Assembly (NCBI GenBank): GCA_046760225.1
Contig: JBHIDR010000019.1
Span: 1 to 14,475 of the forward strand
DNA length: 14,475 bases
Source: Candidatus Aenigmatarchaeota archaeon
Lineage (GTDB): Archaea > Aenigmatarchaeota > Aenigmatarchaeia > Aenigmatarchaeales > JACQIB01
Reading direction: 5' to 3'
The notes under the pieces were generated by a model. That model made no database searches. It saw only the letters and a program-made list of their open reading frames with translations, and was not told the origin of the DNA. The position numbers and the translations under genes are program-made. Of the stretch, positions 1 through 7,535 are shown piece by piece. Each line of letters starts with the position of its first letter. The first letter of the stretch is position 1.

Positions 1-366
1 GACAGCAAGTTCCTTGCTGAAAAAAGGAAGGAAGACAATGAAATCGATCCAGGAGCCCTTGTGTTTCCCGGAGGACATGTGAAGGAAGGAGAGAGCCTCT
101 TTGGTGCATGCAGGAGGGAGTTCAGGGAAGAGTTCGGCTTGGACTGCGGCACTTTCGAGTTCATATGCACTTTGCCTTATACTGCTTCCAACAACGAGCA
201 GATGGACCTTCACTATTTCTTCTGCAAAGGATGGTCAGGAGAGCCAAAATCCCTTGAAGCAGAAAAACTGGTTTGGCTGGGTCCTGAAGAACTGGAAAAT
301 CTGTCTTTTGACGAGGACAAACAGGCAGTGGCAGAATTTATATTGGCAAAAGGGGAAATATTCTAG
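1..366 (+). CDS. Nudix hydrolase, MutT-like (5' end lies outside the window)
   Basis: Frame is open from base 1 (DSKFLAEKRKEDNEIDPGALVFPGG...). Complete Nudix box GHVKEGESLFGACRREFREEFGL (GX5EX7REUXEEXGU). The TAG stop overlaps the stop of the convergent gene (ctag, 363-366). Confidence 0.9.
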   Translation, partial: DSKFLAEKRKEDNEIDPGALVFPGGHVKEGESLFGACRREFREEFGLDCGTFEFICTLPYTASNNEQMDLHYFFCKGWSGEPKSLEAEKLVWLGPEELENLSFDEDKQAVAEFILAKGEIF

Positions 367-926
367 TCCTTGCTCAATATCAGGTATCTTTTCTTCTTCT
401 TTCCCTTTCCTTCCTCCACCACATACCCGGAAAATAATCTTGAAAGTTCCTTCCTGGCCATTTCCCATTCCTTCTCTGTATGGGGATAGAACTGCAGTCC
501 CACTTTTCCACCTTTCCTGAGCACCCTTCTCATTTCCCTGAAGGCAAGCCTGTACTGCTCAACCACTTCCTCTGGGCTCTTTCCTATTATCCATTGAAGG
601 GTTGAGATGGATACGATTCCATCAAACACACTGTCCTTGAAGGGAAGGGACTTGAAATCAGCAAGCACAACCCTGTCGAATCCCTTCCCTTTGGCTATCT
701 TGAGCATCTCAAGTGAAACATCAATACCAAATGCATTCTCTCCAATGACCTCCATTGAAAAGCCTGTGCCGCATCCTATGTCAAGTATTTTGCCACCAGC
801 CCTCATTTCCTTCAGAACCCTTTCTGTCATCATGTGCTGTATCTTCCTTGTTGACGTGCTCCTTTCATAAGCCTCGGCCTCCTCCTTTGTCCAGTAGCTT
901 TTTGCAGAAATAAGTTTTTCTTTCAT
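363..926 (-). CDS. Class I SAM-dependent methyltransferase, Bud23/WBSCR22-like (putative SSU rRNA guanine-N7 methyltransferase)
   Basis: Motif I ILDIGCGTG, then GIDVSLEML and LPFKDSVFDG. Bud23-type signatures: EEAEAY..ST..KIQ..MTER.L, SISTLQW, GGK..LQFYP and FSG.VV...KKKRYLIL. Starts 4 nt after the aIF2-alpha stop, with a GAGTGAGG SD-like motif. Confidence 0.85.
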   Translation of the reverse strand: MKEKLISAKSYWTKEEAEAYERSTSTRKIQHMMTERVLKEMRAGGKILDIGCGTGFSMEVIGENAFGIDVSLEMLKIAKGKGFDRVVLADFKSLPFKDSVFDGIVSISTLQWIIGKSPEEVVEQYRLAFREMRRVLRKGGKVGLQFYPHTEKEWEMARKELSRLFSGYVVEEGKGKKKKRYLILSKD

Positions 927-930
927 GTCC

Positions 931-1701
931 TCACTCGTATATGAACCTGCCTTCGCCGCCCCCTGCCTTCATTGCCTTTATTATGTCCTCTGCAGCAGCC
1001 CTGAGCTTCTTCTCGTCCTTCTTGGCTTCCTTTGAGAGAATTGAAATAGAATATTTGGGTGCGGAAATGTATTTTATTATGAACCCCTTTTCACCAGCAT
1101 CCTTGAGAACTTTCTTTATTACCTCTATGCCATCGGGCTTGCTGCACGTAAGCTCGAGTATTCCCTTTAGTTCCCTTTCCTTTATTTCCATTGTTTCTTC
1201 TGCCACTTCCCTTATTGTTTTTGCCCATTCCTCGGGTATGCCCCTCTTTATGAGCAGCCTGTAGCCGTCCTCTGTCATGGAAAGCTTGAATACCTTGAAC
1301 ATTTCCCCGAACCTCTCCTTCATCAGGTGTCCCACTTCTTCGTATGCGTCCCTGGTCTCCATACTTCTCTTTTTGGCAGCAATCTCGAGCATCCTTTCTG
1401 CCTTTTGCTCCCTTTTGGCCTCCTTTAGTTTCTCCTCAACATCCCTCTTGCTGACCCTTTTGAGGCTGAGGCCAACATGACCTTTTACAGGATCGACCCT
1501 CATTACAAGAACAACAATCCTCTTCCCTTCCTTGACAAAATCCCTTATGTCCTTTACCCATTTCCTTGCAATCTCGGATATATGTATCATTCCCTCTACG
1601 CCAGGATAATCTTCGAGCTTCACGAATGCGGAGAACGGGTTGACCCTACTTACAGTACCTATTACAAGCTCTCCTCTTCTAGGGAATTTCTTCTCGTCCA
1701 T
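931..1701 (-). CDS. eif2a: Translation initiation factor 2 subunit alpha (aIF2-alpha)
   Basis: N-terminal S1 domain (FPRRGELVIGTV...AFVKLEDYPGVEGMIHISEIARKWVKDIRD...GHVGLSLKRV) and C-terminal DGIEVIKKVL...YISAPKY. 256 aa, downstream of S27e as in the canonical cluster. Confidence 0.97.
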   Translation of the reverse strand: MDEKKFPRRGELVIGTVSRVNPFSAFVKLEDYPGVEGMIHISEIARKWVKDIRDFVKEGKRIVVLVMRVDPVKGHVGLSLKRVSKRDVEEKLKEAKREQKAERMLEIAAKKRSMETRDAYEEVGHLMKERFGEMFKVFKLSMTEDGYRLLIKRGIPEEWAKTIREVAEETMEIKERELKGILELTCSKPDGIEVIKKVLKDAGEKGFIIKYISAPKYSISILSKEAKKDEKKLRAAAEDIIKAMKAGGGEGRFIYE

Positions 1702-1723
1702 AGAAAATCTATTAAATCAGAAG

Positions 1724-1731
1724 CTTTTAAA
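1724..1731 (-). promoter_or_regulatory. Putative TATA box for a leaderless aIF2-alpha / methyltransferase transcript
   Basis: TTTAAAAG on the minus strand, about 23 nt upstream of the ATG at 1701, preceded by an A-rich BRE-like stretch. Confidence 0.55.
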
Positions 1732-1735
1732 GATT

Positions 1736-1927
1736 TTAGTCCATTACCTGTATGACCCTTGCCCTTATCCTGCTCTTTCCGCCTGTGTTTTCAGCAAGCG
1801 TGGCGCTGCAGACAAGGCACTTTACCTCAGAAGAAGCCTTGTTGAATATTATCTGCTCGTTCTTGCATTTGCTGCAGACAACCTTGAGGAACTTGCTCTT
1901 TGGTCTTGGTATTATGGCCCTGGGCAT
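1736..1927 (-). CDS. rps27e: 30S ribosomal protein S27e
   Basis: PKSKFLKVVCSKCKNEQIIF...VKCLVCSATLAENTGGK zinc ribbon. The likely start is the ATG at 1927, overlapping the L44e stop (TAATG), with GGTGA upstream. The ORF-track start at 2002 is too far upstream. Confidence 0.97.
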   Translation of the reverse strand: MPRAIIPRPKSKFLKVVCSKCKNEQIIFNKASSEVKCLVCSATLAENTGGKSRIRARVIQVMD

Positions 1928-2214
1928 TATGCTTTCACCAGCTCGAATTTCTTTACCCTGAAGCCCTTGCCAACACTGTGTGCCTTCTTGCATTCCTTGC
2001 ACCTGTACCTGAGGTCCAGCTTCCTTGTGGGCTTCTGCCTGTCCTTTGGGTTCTCCTTGGGAAAGGAGCCAAAGCCCTTCATCTTCCTTTTGAACCTCCT
2101 CTGCCCCTGTGCCATCGGCCTTCTCTTCCTTCCCACACCTTCCCTTTTCACAGTGTGCTCTGTATGCTTCCTGCAGTATGGGCAGTACTTCTTCTGCTTC
2201 TTGGGCATCTTCAT
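1927..2214 (-). CDS. rpl44e: 50S ribosomal protein L44e (eL42)
   Basis: MKMPK...YCPYCRKHTEH...GFG...KPTRKLDLRYRCKECKKAH...GFRVKKFEL. Confidence 0.97.
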   Translation of the reverse strand: MKMPKKQKKYCPYCRKHTEHTVKREGVGRKRRPMAQGQRRFKRKMKGFGSFPKENPKDRQKPTRKLDLRYRCKECKKAHSVGKGFRVKKFELVKA

Positions 2215-2246
2215 AACTATCCTTTCCTTTATTGCTTTTAGAAGGT

Positions 2247-2254
2247 ATTTAAAA
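2247..2254 (-). promoter_or_regulatory. Putative TATA box of rpl44e-rps27e
   Basis: CAAAAC-TTTTAAAT on the minus strand, about 33 nt upstream of the ATG at 2214. Confidence 0.45.
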
Positions 2255-2274
2255 GTTTTGCTTTCAGGCCTGCA

Positions 2275-2727
2275 CTAGTTTTGTTTAATTTTTTCCATTG
2301 CTAATTTTCCAATCTTCTTAACATCGCTTGGTATGTCATGTGAATTCATTAACTCTTCAAGTGTAACCCACCTATGCCCTTTGCTCTCATGTGATAATGT
2401 TACTTTGTCGTTTTTTGCTCTGCATAAATAGAATAAGCATGCATGGTTGTGGTCTCCAACATTGTGAACGTTTGCATAAAAGGGCAGAGCCAGTTGAATA
2501 ACTATACTATCATTTTTATCTTTTGGTATTTCTTCCTTCTGTATAAATTCTGCGTCAATTCCTGTTTCCTCTTTTATTTCGCGTAGAATCGCTTCGTCAG
2601 GTGTTTCATTGGCTTCTATATGTCCGCCTGGGGGCAACCATTTATCTAACTTTGCATGATGAACTAAAAGAATCCTATCATTGTTTATAACATATGCGCC
2701 GATTACTAAATCCGTCTTGCCCTTCAT
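2275..2727 (-). CDS. Nudix hydrolase
   Basis: ILLVHHAKLDKWLPPGGHIEANETPDEAILREIKEETGI Nudix box. Start placed at ATG 2727 (MKGKTD), which has a TTATAAAA box about 24 nt upstream. AT-rich relative to the flanks. Confidence 0.92.
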   Translation of the reverse strand: MKGKTDLVIGAYVINNDRILLVHHAKLDKWLPPGGHIEANETPDEAILREIKEETGIDAEFIQKEEIPKDKNDSIVIQLALPFYANVHNVGDHNHACLFYLCRAKNDKVTLSHESKGHRWVTLEELMNSHDIPSDVKKIGKLAMEKIKQN

Positions 2728-2779
2728 AACGAATAATATGTAAGTCATGCTTTTATAATATATCATTTTCAATATTTGG

Positions 2780-3112
2780 TTACGGCAGATACTTTGGCTG
2801 TTCTCTTTTCGAAGGATTTCTTGGTATTGAGTCTACCCAGCATTCGCCGAGTTCACCGGAAATACCTATGTAAAAGATTCTGTCTTTGGTATAGGCATAG
2901 AAGGGCATGTTGTCATTTGGGTCTAACCTTTCTTTTTTGCCTAGTTTCTCTTCTGAGTTTACAATTTTTCCTTTTATAAAGATGTTCTTGGCCTTTTTTC
3001 TGGAAAGAACTTTAGTCTTACCTTTATGCTGTGCTATTACTTTTTCTATATCCTTCCATGATAAGTTATATCTTTTGAGTTCTTCTTCTAGTGCTTTGTT
3101 TAGAGTTGGCAT
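2780..3112 (-). CDS. Hypothetical protein, 110 aa, basic
   Basis: ATG preceded by AGGTGA, which overlaps the GINS stop. AT-rich. C-terminal PFYAYTKDRIFY...WVDSIPRNP motif. No function recognised. Confidence 0.75.
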   Translation of the reverse strand: MPTLNKALEEELKRYNLSWKDIEKVIAQHKGKTKVLSRKKAKNIFIKGKIVNSEEKLGKKERLDPNDNMPFYAYTKDRIFYIGISGELGECWVDSIPRNPSKREQPKYLP

Positions 3113-3120
3113 ATTATCAC

Positions 3121-3801
3121 CTAGAGGTACATCCTTACGTCTTCTTCAGCGGCCTTCCTTGCTATGAGCACACTTGCGATTTCCTTTGGAAGCTGGACCA
3201 TGTCACCTGCCTTGAAAGGGCCATAGGGCTGGAAGTCTCTGCCAACGAATTTCGGCATCTCTGTAAGTATCTTGACATTCATCTTGTTCGGGTCAGCTGG
3301 TTTTTTTATCGGTTTTGCTGGTACTTCAACTGGCTTTGGTGCTTCCTGCACAGGCTGAGGAGCAGGTTTTTCAACTGGTACAGGCTCCACAATAGCTTTT
3401 GCCTCTTCCAGACTTCTTCTTGCTTCCTCTATTTTTTCCTCAGCAAAGAAGTCTGCTCCGCTCAGCTTCTCCTGCAGATCCAGTTTGAATGACTTGAAGA
3501 GCGTAACAGCCCGGTCAAAGAACTTCTGCTCATCTTCTGTCATGTTCTCAGGAGGCACGCCTCCCCTTATGGTACGCATGGCTGACATTATGATTTTTCT
3601 CTGCCTCCTGTTCATTATGTCGTCAACCTTATCTTTCACTGTTTTCAGTTCCATAATTGAGAGCGGATCTCTTAGGCTACTCTTCTCCCCAAACCATTTT
3701 CCAACAGAATCAAAAAAATCTGGGGGCAGCTTGCTGAGCTGTTCCCTCTTCTCAGCCATATGAACTGTTCTTATGGTCTCAAAGGTTATGAGTTCTGCCA
3801 T
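3121..3801 (-). CDS. gins15: GINS complex subunit, Gins15/Gins51 type (A domain, linker, B domain)
   Basis: N-terminal EK..QLSKLPPDFF...RRQRKII..A....NMTEDEQKFF and C-terminal B domain VKILTEMPKFVGRDFQPYGPFKAGDMVQLPKEIASVLI. Lies directly downstream of the primase. ATG start at 3801. Confidence 0.92.
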   Translation of the reverse strand: MAELITFETIRTVHMAEKREQLSKLPPDFFDSVGKWFGEKSSLRDPLSIMELKTVKDKVDDIMNRRQRKIIMSAMRTIRGGVPPENMTEDEQKFFDRAVTLFKSFKLDLQEKLSGADFFAEEKIEEARRSLEEAKAIVEPVPVEKPAPQPVQEAPKPVEVPAKPIKKPADPNKMNVKILTEMPKFVGRDFQPYGPFKAGDMVQLPKEIASVLIARKAAEEDVRMYL

Positions 3802-3834
3802 AAACAACACTCAATATATCTGCATTGAAACAAT

Positions 3835-5082
3835 TTATCCTTTTCTCTTCTCCCTCATGGCCTTCCTATAGGACCTGAAAGCATAATTAACAGGGTTTTT
3901 CACTTTACCGCAGTTCTCTGTGCATATGCCTATTGACTTGTAAAACAGGTCAGAACCACAGTTTGGCGGCATAATCGCCCTCCTTTGCCTGGAATGCCAT
4001 TTCAGCTGCGTTGTAACAAACCTGTCCGAAAGCCCCACGCTCTTGTTCCATTCCATTACCTTCTTTTCTATGTCATCCCATTGCCAGTTCACTGAGCGCA
4101 GGAAGGATATGAGCGTGAATATCGACCTTTTCCTGCCGTCCTTTGTCCCTTCCAGTATCCTCTTTATGCACACTGGGAAATGCTGCTCTGGTATTGCCCT
4201 CTTTATGCTCACCCTCCTCTCCTTTTTCCTTACCTCTTCCTTCCTGTGCTTTGCTCTCCAGCTGACAGCATCTACCAAAAGATTCTGCGCTTCAAGGTCC
4301 TTGCTAACAAGGAACTTCATCCTTGCCTTCACCTTTTCTGGGTTTGCTGACTCCTTTTTAAATGATTTCAGCTTGAAGAGCGGTATGGGTACAGAAGCCA
4401 GCCATGTCTTGTTGTGCAGGGAATATGGTGCCCTGAACATGTGCCTGCTTCCCCAGTCCTTTTCTATTTCAACAAATTCATAAGGGCTAAGTTCCTTTAT
4501 CTTTCCCACTGTCTTGGTAAGTGCTGCATGGCCCCCTTCCATTCTTATTAGCGAGTCCATTATCTTGTCCCTTGCCTTTTCCCTGATGAATCCGGCAATT
4601 GCCTGGGGTATTTCAGGGTATTGTTGCGCAACAGGCCTGGAATCAACCCTGTTGGGGAATGCATTGCTAGCTATTCCTATATGGAAGCCCCTTGAGCCTG
4701 AGAACTTGACAGTAGGGCTTATTCCCATGTCCTTGAGCAGGTCCACAACAGCAATTGCAGCTGCCCTGGCATGCTCCAGCTTAGCCTTTGCATCAATGTC
4801 TATTATCATGTCCCATTCCTTTCTCAGCTCGTCCAGCTCCTTCCTGCTCATTGCTGACTTCAGGGAGAGCGGATTTGTCCACTTCTCAACAGAGAGGTGG
4901 AACGCCACAACACCGTTCTTTACCCTTTCTATAACATCCCTGGGATACTGGAGCACATCAGGCCTTGATGTGAATGTTCCGTCCCTCTTTGTGCCCCCAA
5001 CTTCCCTCTCCTTTGCAGCCTCAACTATTGTGGCCTGAACATCCTTCCTAGAATAGTATTTTATGAGGTCCAGCTGGTGCAT
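3835..5082 (-). CDS. priSL: Fused archaeo-eukaryotic DNA primase (PriS catalytic domain plus PriL C-terminal Fe-S domain), DPANN type
   Basis: AEP motifs WDMIIDID, KFSGSRGFH and RHMFRAPYSLH, followed by PriL-CTD features with four Cys (FPVC...PPNC...GIC..NC..KNP). Confidence 0.93.
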   Translation of the reverse strand: MHQLDLIKYYSRKDVQATIVEAAKEREVGGTKRDGTFTSRPDVLQYPRDVIERVKNGVVAFHLSVEKWTNPLSLKSAMSRKELDELRKEWDMIIDIDAKAKLEHARAAAIAVVDLLKDMGISPTVKFSGSRGFHIGIASNAFPNRVDSRPVAQQYPEIPQAIAGFIREKARDKIMDSLIRMEGGHAALTKTVGKIKELSPYEFVEIEKDWGSRHMFRAPYSLHNKTWLASVPIPLFKLKSFKKESANPEKVKARMKFLVSKDLEAQNLLVDAVSWRAKHRKEEVRKKERRVSIKRAIPEQHFPVCIKRILEGTKDGRKRSIFTLISFLRSVNWQWDDIEKKVMEWNKSVGLSDRFVTTQLKWHSRQRRAIMPPNCGSDLFYKSIGICTENCGKVKNPVNYAFRSYRKAMREKRKG

Positions 5083-5102
5083 GCATAGAATAAAGCATCA
5101 AA

Positions 5103-5111
5103 CTATAAAAA
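5103..5111. promoter_or_regulatory. Putative TATA element shared by the divergent primase and dys genes
   Basis: CTATAAAAA (reverse TTTTTATAG) in the middle of a 51-bp spacer, about 21-23 nt from both ATGs. GGTGA at 5120-5124 precedes dys. Confidence 0.5.
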
Positions 5112-5133
5112 GGTTAAAAGGTGAATAGGCTTT

Positions 5134-6069
5134 ATGAAGAGGGAGGATTTGCTCAAAAGGAAGGTAGAGGAAATGGACCTTGAGGGAATAAGTGTTTCAG
5201 AGCTCGTCAATCAGATGAATGCTGCTGGCGGCTTCAGTGCAAAGAACCTTGCACATGCAGTGGAGATACTCAGGGAAATGCAGTCTGCAGACAAGAGGTT
5301 CCTCTCGTTCCCAGCATGCATTGTTGCAACAGGCCTTCGCGGAGCAATTGCACAGGCGATTGAGAAAGGGCTTTTCGATGTGATAGTAACAACATGCGGT
5401 ACCCTTGACCATGACCTTGCAAGGACATGGGGAGGGAACTATTATCATGGCTCATTCAGCCTTAATGATGATGAGATGCACCAGCTTGATCTCTACAGGC
5501 TGGGAAACATAACAATACCCACTGAGAACTATGGAAAATTACTCGAGGAAAGGATGCAGCCGATTCTCAAGGAACTCGCAGCAAAGAAGCAGGAGTGGGG
5601 AGCAAGGGAACTGATACACGAGTTCGGGCTTCGCCTCAATGACAAGAAATCCATTTTGTACCAGGCAGCAAGAAAGAACATACCAATATATGTCCCTGGA
5701 ATAGTTGATGGTTCATTCGGCACAAACCTTCTCTGGTTCAGGCAGGAGAACAAGCTCAAGGTTGATGTTCTAAAGGACCAGAAAGAGCTATCAGACATCG
5801 CGTTCAACAGCAAGAATACTGGTGCACTGATGATTGGCGGTGGCATAAGCAAGCACCATACAATATGGTGGAACGCTTTCAAGGGAGGACTGGATTATGC
5901 AGTGTACATAACAACAGCCACGCAATATGACGGTTCGCTCTCAGGCGCAAGGCTGAGCGAGGCAGTCAGCTGGGGAAAGGTGAAGGAAAAGGCCAAGTAC
6001 GTCACAGTTGATGGCGATGCCACGATCATACTTCCGCTGATTTTGGCCTCCCTTTATCAGAAATCTTAA
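5134..6069 (+). CDS. dys: Deoxyhypusine synthase
   Basis: GGFSAKNL, ATGLRG, TCGTLDHD, GGGISKHH, DGSLSGA...EAVSWGK (catalytic Lys) and GDATIILPL. Confidence 0.97.
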   Translation: MKREDLLKRKVEEMDLEGISVSELVNQMNAAGGFSAKNLAHAVEILREMQSADKRFLSFPACIVATGLRGAIAQAIEKGLFDVIVTTCGTLDHDLARTWGGNYYHGSFSLNDDEMHQLDLYRLGNITIPTENYGKLLEERMQPILKELAAKKQEWGARELIHEFGLRLNDKKSILYQAARKNIPIYVPGIVDGSFGTNLLWFRQENKLKVDVLKDQKELSDIAFNSKNTGALMIGGGISKHHTIWWNAFKGGLDYAVYITTATQYDGSLSGARLSEAVSWGKVKEKAKYVTVDGDATIILPLILASLYQKS

Positions 6070-6095
6070 TATGCAAGCTCGGTTATAATATCTCT

Positions 6096-7535
6096 ATGCG
6101 TTTGACATTTTTCACTGTACCAATTGCTCTAATTATTCTTTCTTCTATGGTATATGCAGCAACAATAAGCCTGAATTTTCCAACAAGCAATACCCAGCTC
6201 AACGGAACAGTGCTCCTGAATGCTACAGTTGATGTGGCAAGGAGCAATGCCAGTTTTTATTATAATGAAACATACATAGGAACAAACTATTCCACAGGAA
6301 CAGAGTTCACCCTGGTCTGGAATTCGAGCACAATACCTGATGGTGTCTATTCCTTCAAGGTGAATGTCAGCAATGGTGACCAGGTGACCAGCGACAATGT
6401 AACTGTTGACAACCATCCGCCCCAAATAGAGGTAGAGCTCCCAGCGAACACAACCTATGGCTACAGCACTTCCCTTCCCCTTAACTTCTCATTGTCAGAA
6501 ACAGGTGACTGGTGCGGCTATTCCCTGGACAATGGGGCAATTGTAACAATACCTTCCTGTTCGAACACAACCTTCAATACAACCGAGGGGGTGCACAACA
6601 TAACAGTCTCGGCCAATGATACGCTAGGGAACATGAACTCATCAGCCACAAGATTTTTCCTTGTGGACCTGACAAGCCCATCAATCAACTCGGTTTCCAT
6701 TGATGACAACTATGTCGGGGACGGCGATAATTTTGTGGTAGAAGTAAATTCAACTGACAACCTTGACACCAACCTCACAGTCACAGAGGCAATATTCAAC
6801 TCAACCCATACCATACTCACAAGGGTGCTGGACAATTACAATGGCATCTACAACACAACCAATACAGGAATGAACTCCTCCTATGCTGAAGGCACCTATT
6901 ACATAAACATAACATCAGTTGATGATGCAGGAAACCTGGCCTTCAATGATTCCCTTCAGCTCACCCTTGACAACACCCCGCCCAGCATAACTGGCTCTGG
7001 CCCATCCGGCACCCTGACATCCTCTTCTGTTACGCTCACAGCCACAACAGACGAGAATGCTGAATGCAGGTACAGCCAGTCAGATGATGCCTTTGCCAAC
7101 ATGTCCGCATTCTCAGCAACAGGAGGAACATCCCACAGCCATGGCCTCAGCCTCTCCAATGGAAACTATTTGTTTTATTTCAGGTGCAGGGACCCTGCAG
7201 AGAACGAGGGACCAGGCAATACCAGCTTTACTGTAAGTGTCTCAAATCCTCCTGGTGGTGGCAGCTCAAGTTACTATCCCCCTGTCAAGATAGTATGGGT
7301 GGAAAATGAGCCAGAAGAAGAGGAAACACCTAAAGAAGAGCCCCAGGAAGAGCCAAAGGAGGAAGAAGTAGCGCAGGAAACATACGTTGAGCCAGCAAAG
7401 AAGAAAACGCTTTCAGGACCAACAGGTTTCTTTATCAGAGACCCCAATGCACTGGGCATAGCAATAGTGGTAATCGGTGTTGCTGGATGGCTCTACTTTA
7501 GGAAGTTCCTGCACAAAAGAAAGGCAAAGGTTTAG
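6096..7535 (+). CDS. Secreted, C-terminally membrane-anchored surface glycoprotein with tandem Ig-like domains
   Basis: Signal peptide (MRLTFFTVPIALIILSSMVYA). Repeated Ig-like ends (VDNHPP, VDLTSP, LDNTPP; DTLGN, DDAGN). Many N-x-S/T sequons. Gly/Ser and Glu/Pro linker, then PTG-F, a TM helix and a basic tail. Confidence 0.85.
   Translation: MRLTFFTVPIALIILSSMVYAATISLNFPTSNTQLNGTVLLNATVDVARSNASFYYNETYIGTNYSTGTEFTLVWNSSTIPDGVYSFKVNVSNGDQVTSDNVTVDNHPPQIEVELPANTTYGYSTSLPLNFSLSETGDWCGYSLDNGAIVTIPSCSNTTFNTTEGVHNITVSANDTLGNMNSSATRFFLVDLTSPSINSVSIDDNYVGDGDNFVVEVNSTDNLDTNLTVTEAIFNSTHTILTRVLDNYNGIYNTTNTGMNSSYAEGTYYINITSVDDAGNLAFNDSLQLTLDNTPPSITGSGPSGTLTSSSVTLTATTDENAECRYSQSDDAFANMSAFSATGGTSHSHGLSLSNGNYLFYFRCRDPAENEGPGNTSFTVSVSNPPGGGSSSYYPPVKIVWVENEPEEEETPKEEPQEEPKEEEVAQETYVEPAKKKTLSGPTGFFIRDPNALGIAIVVIGVAGWLYFRKFLHKRKAKV

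Noticed and set aside
1928..2002. Apparent 25-aa N-terminal extension of S27e
   Set aside because: It overlaps L44e out of frame. The ATG at 1927 has an SD and a TAATG coupling and gives a normal-length S27e.
1640..2278. 212-aa plus-strand ORF and other long antisense ORFs (4514-5038, 8848-9516, 10216-10749)
   Set aside because: These are shadows of well-supported genes on the opposite strand and have no recognisable motifs.
7310..7380. GAAGAG/GAGCC quasi-repeats
   Set aside because: They encode a Glu/Pro-rich linker and show no repeat-spacer periodicity, so this is not CRISPR.
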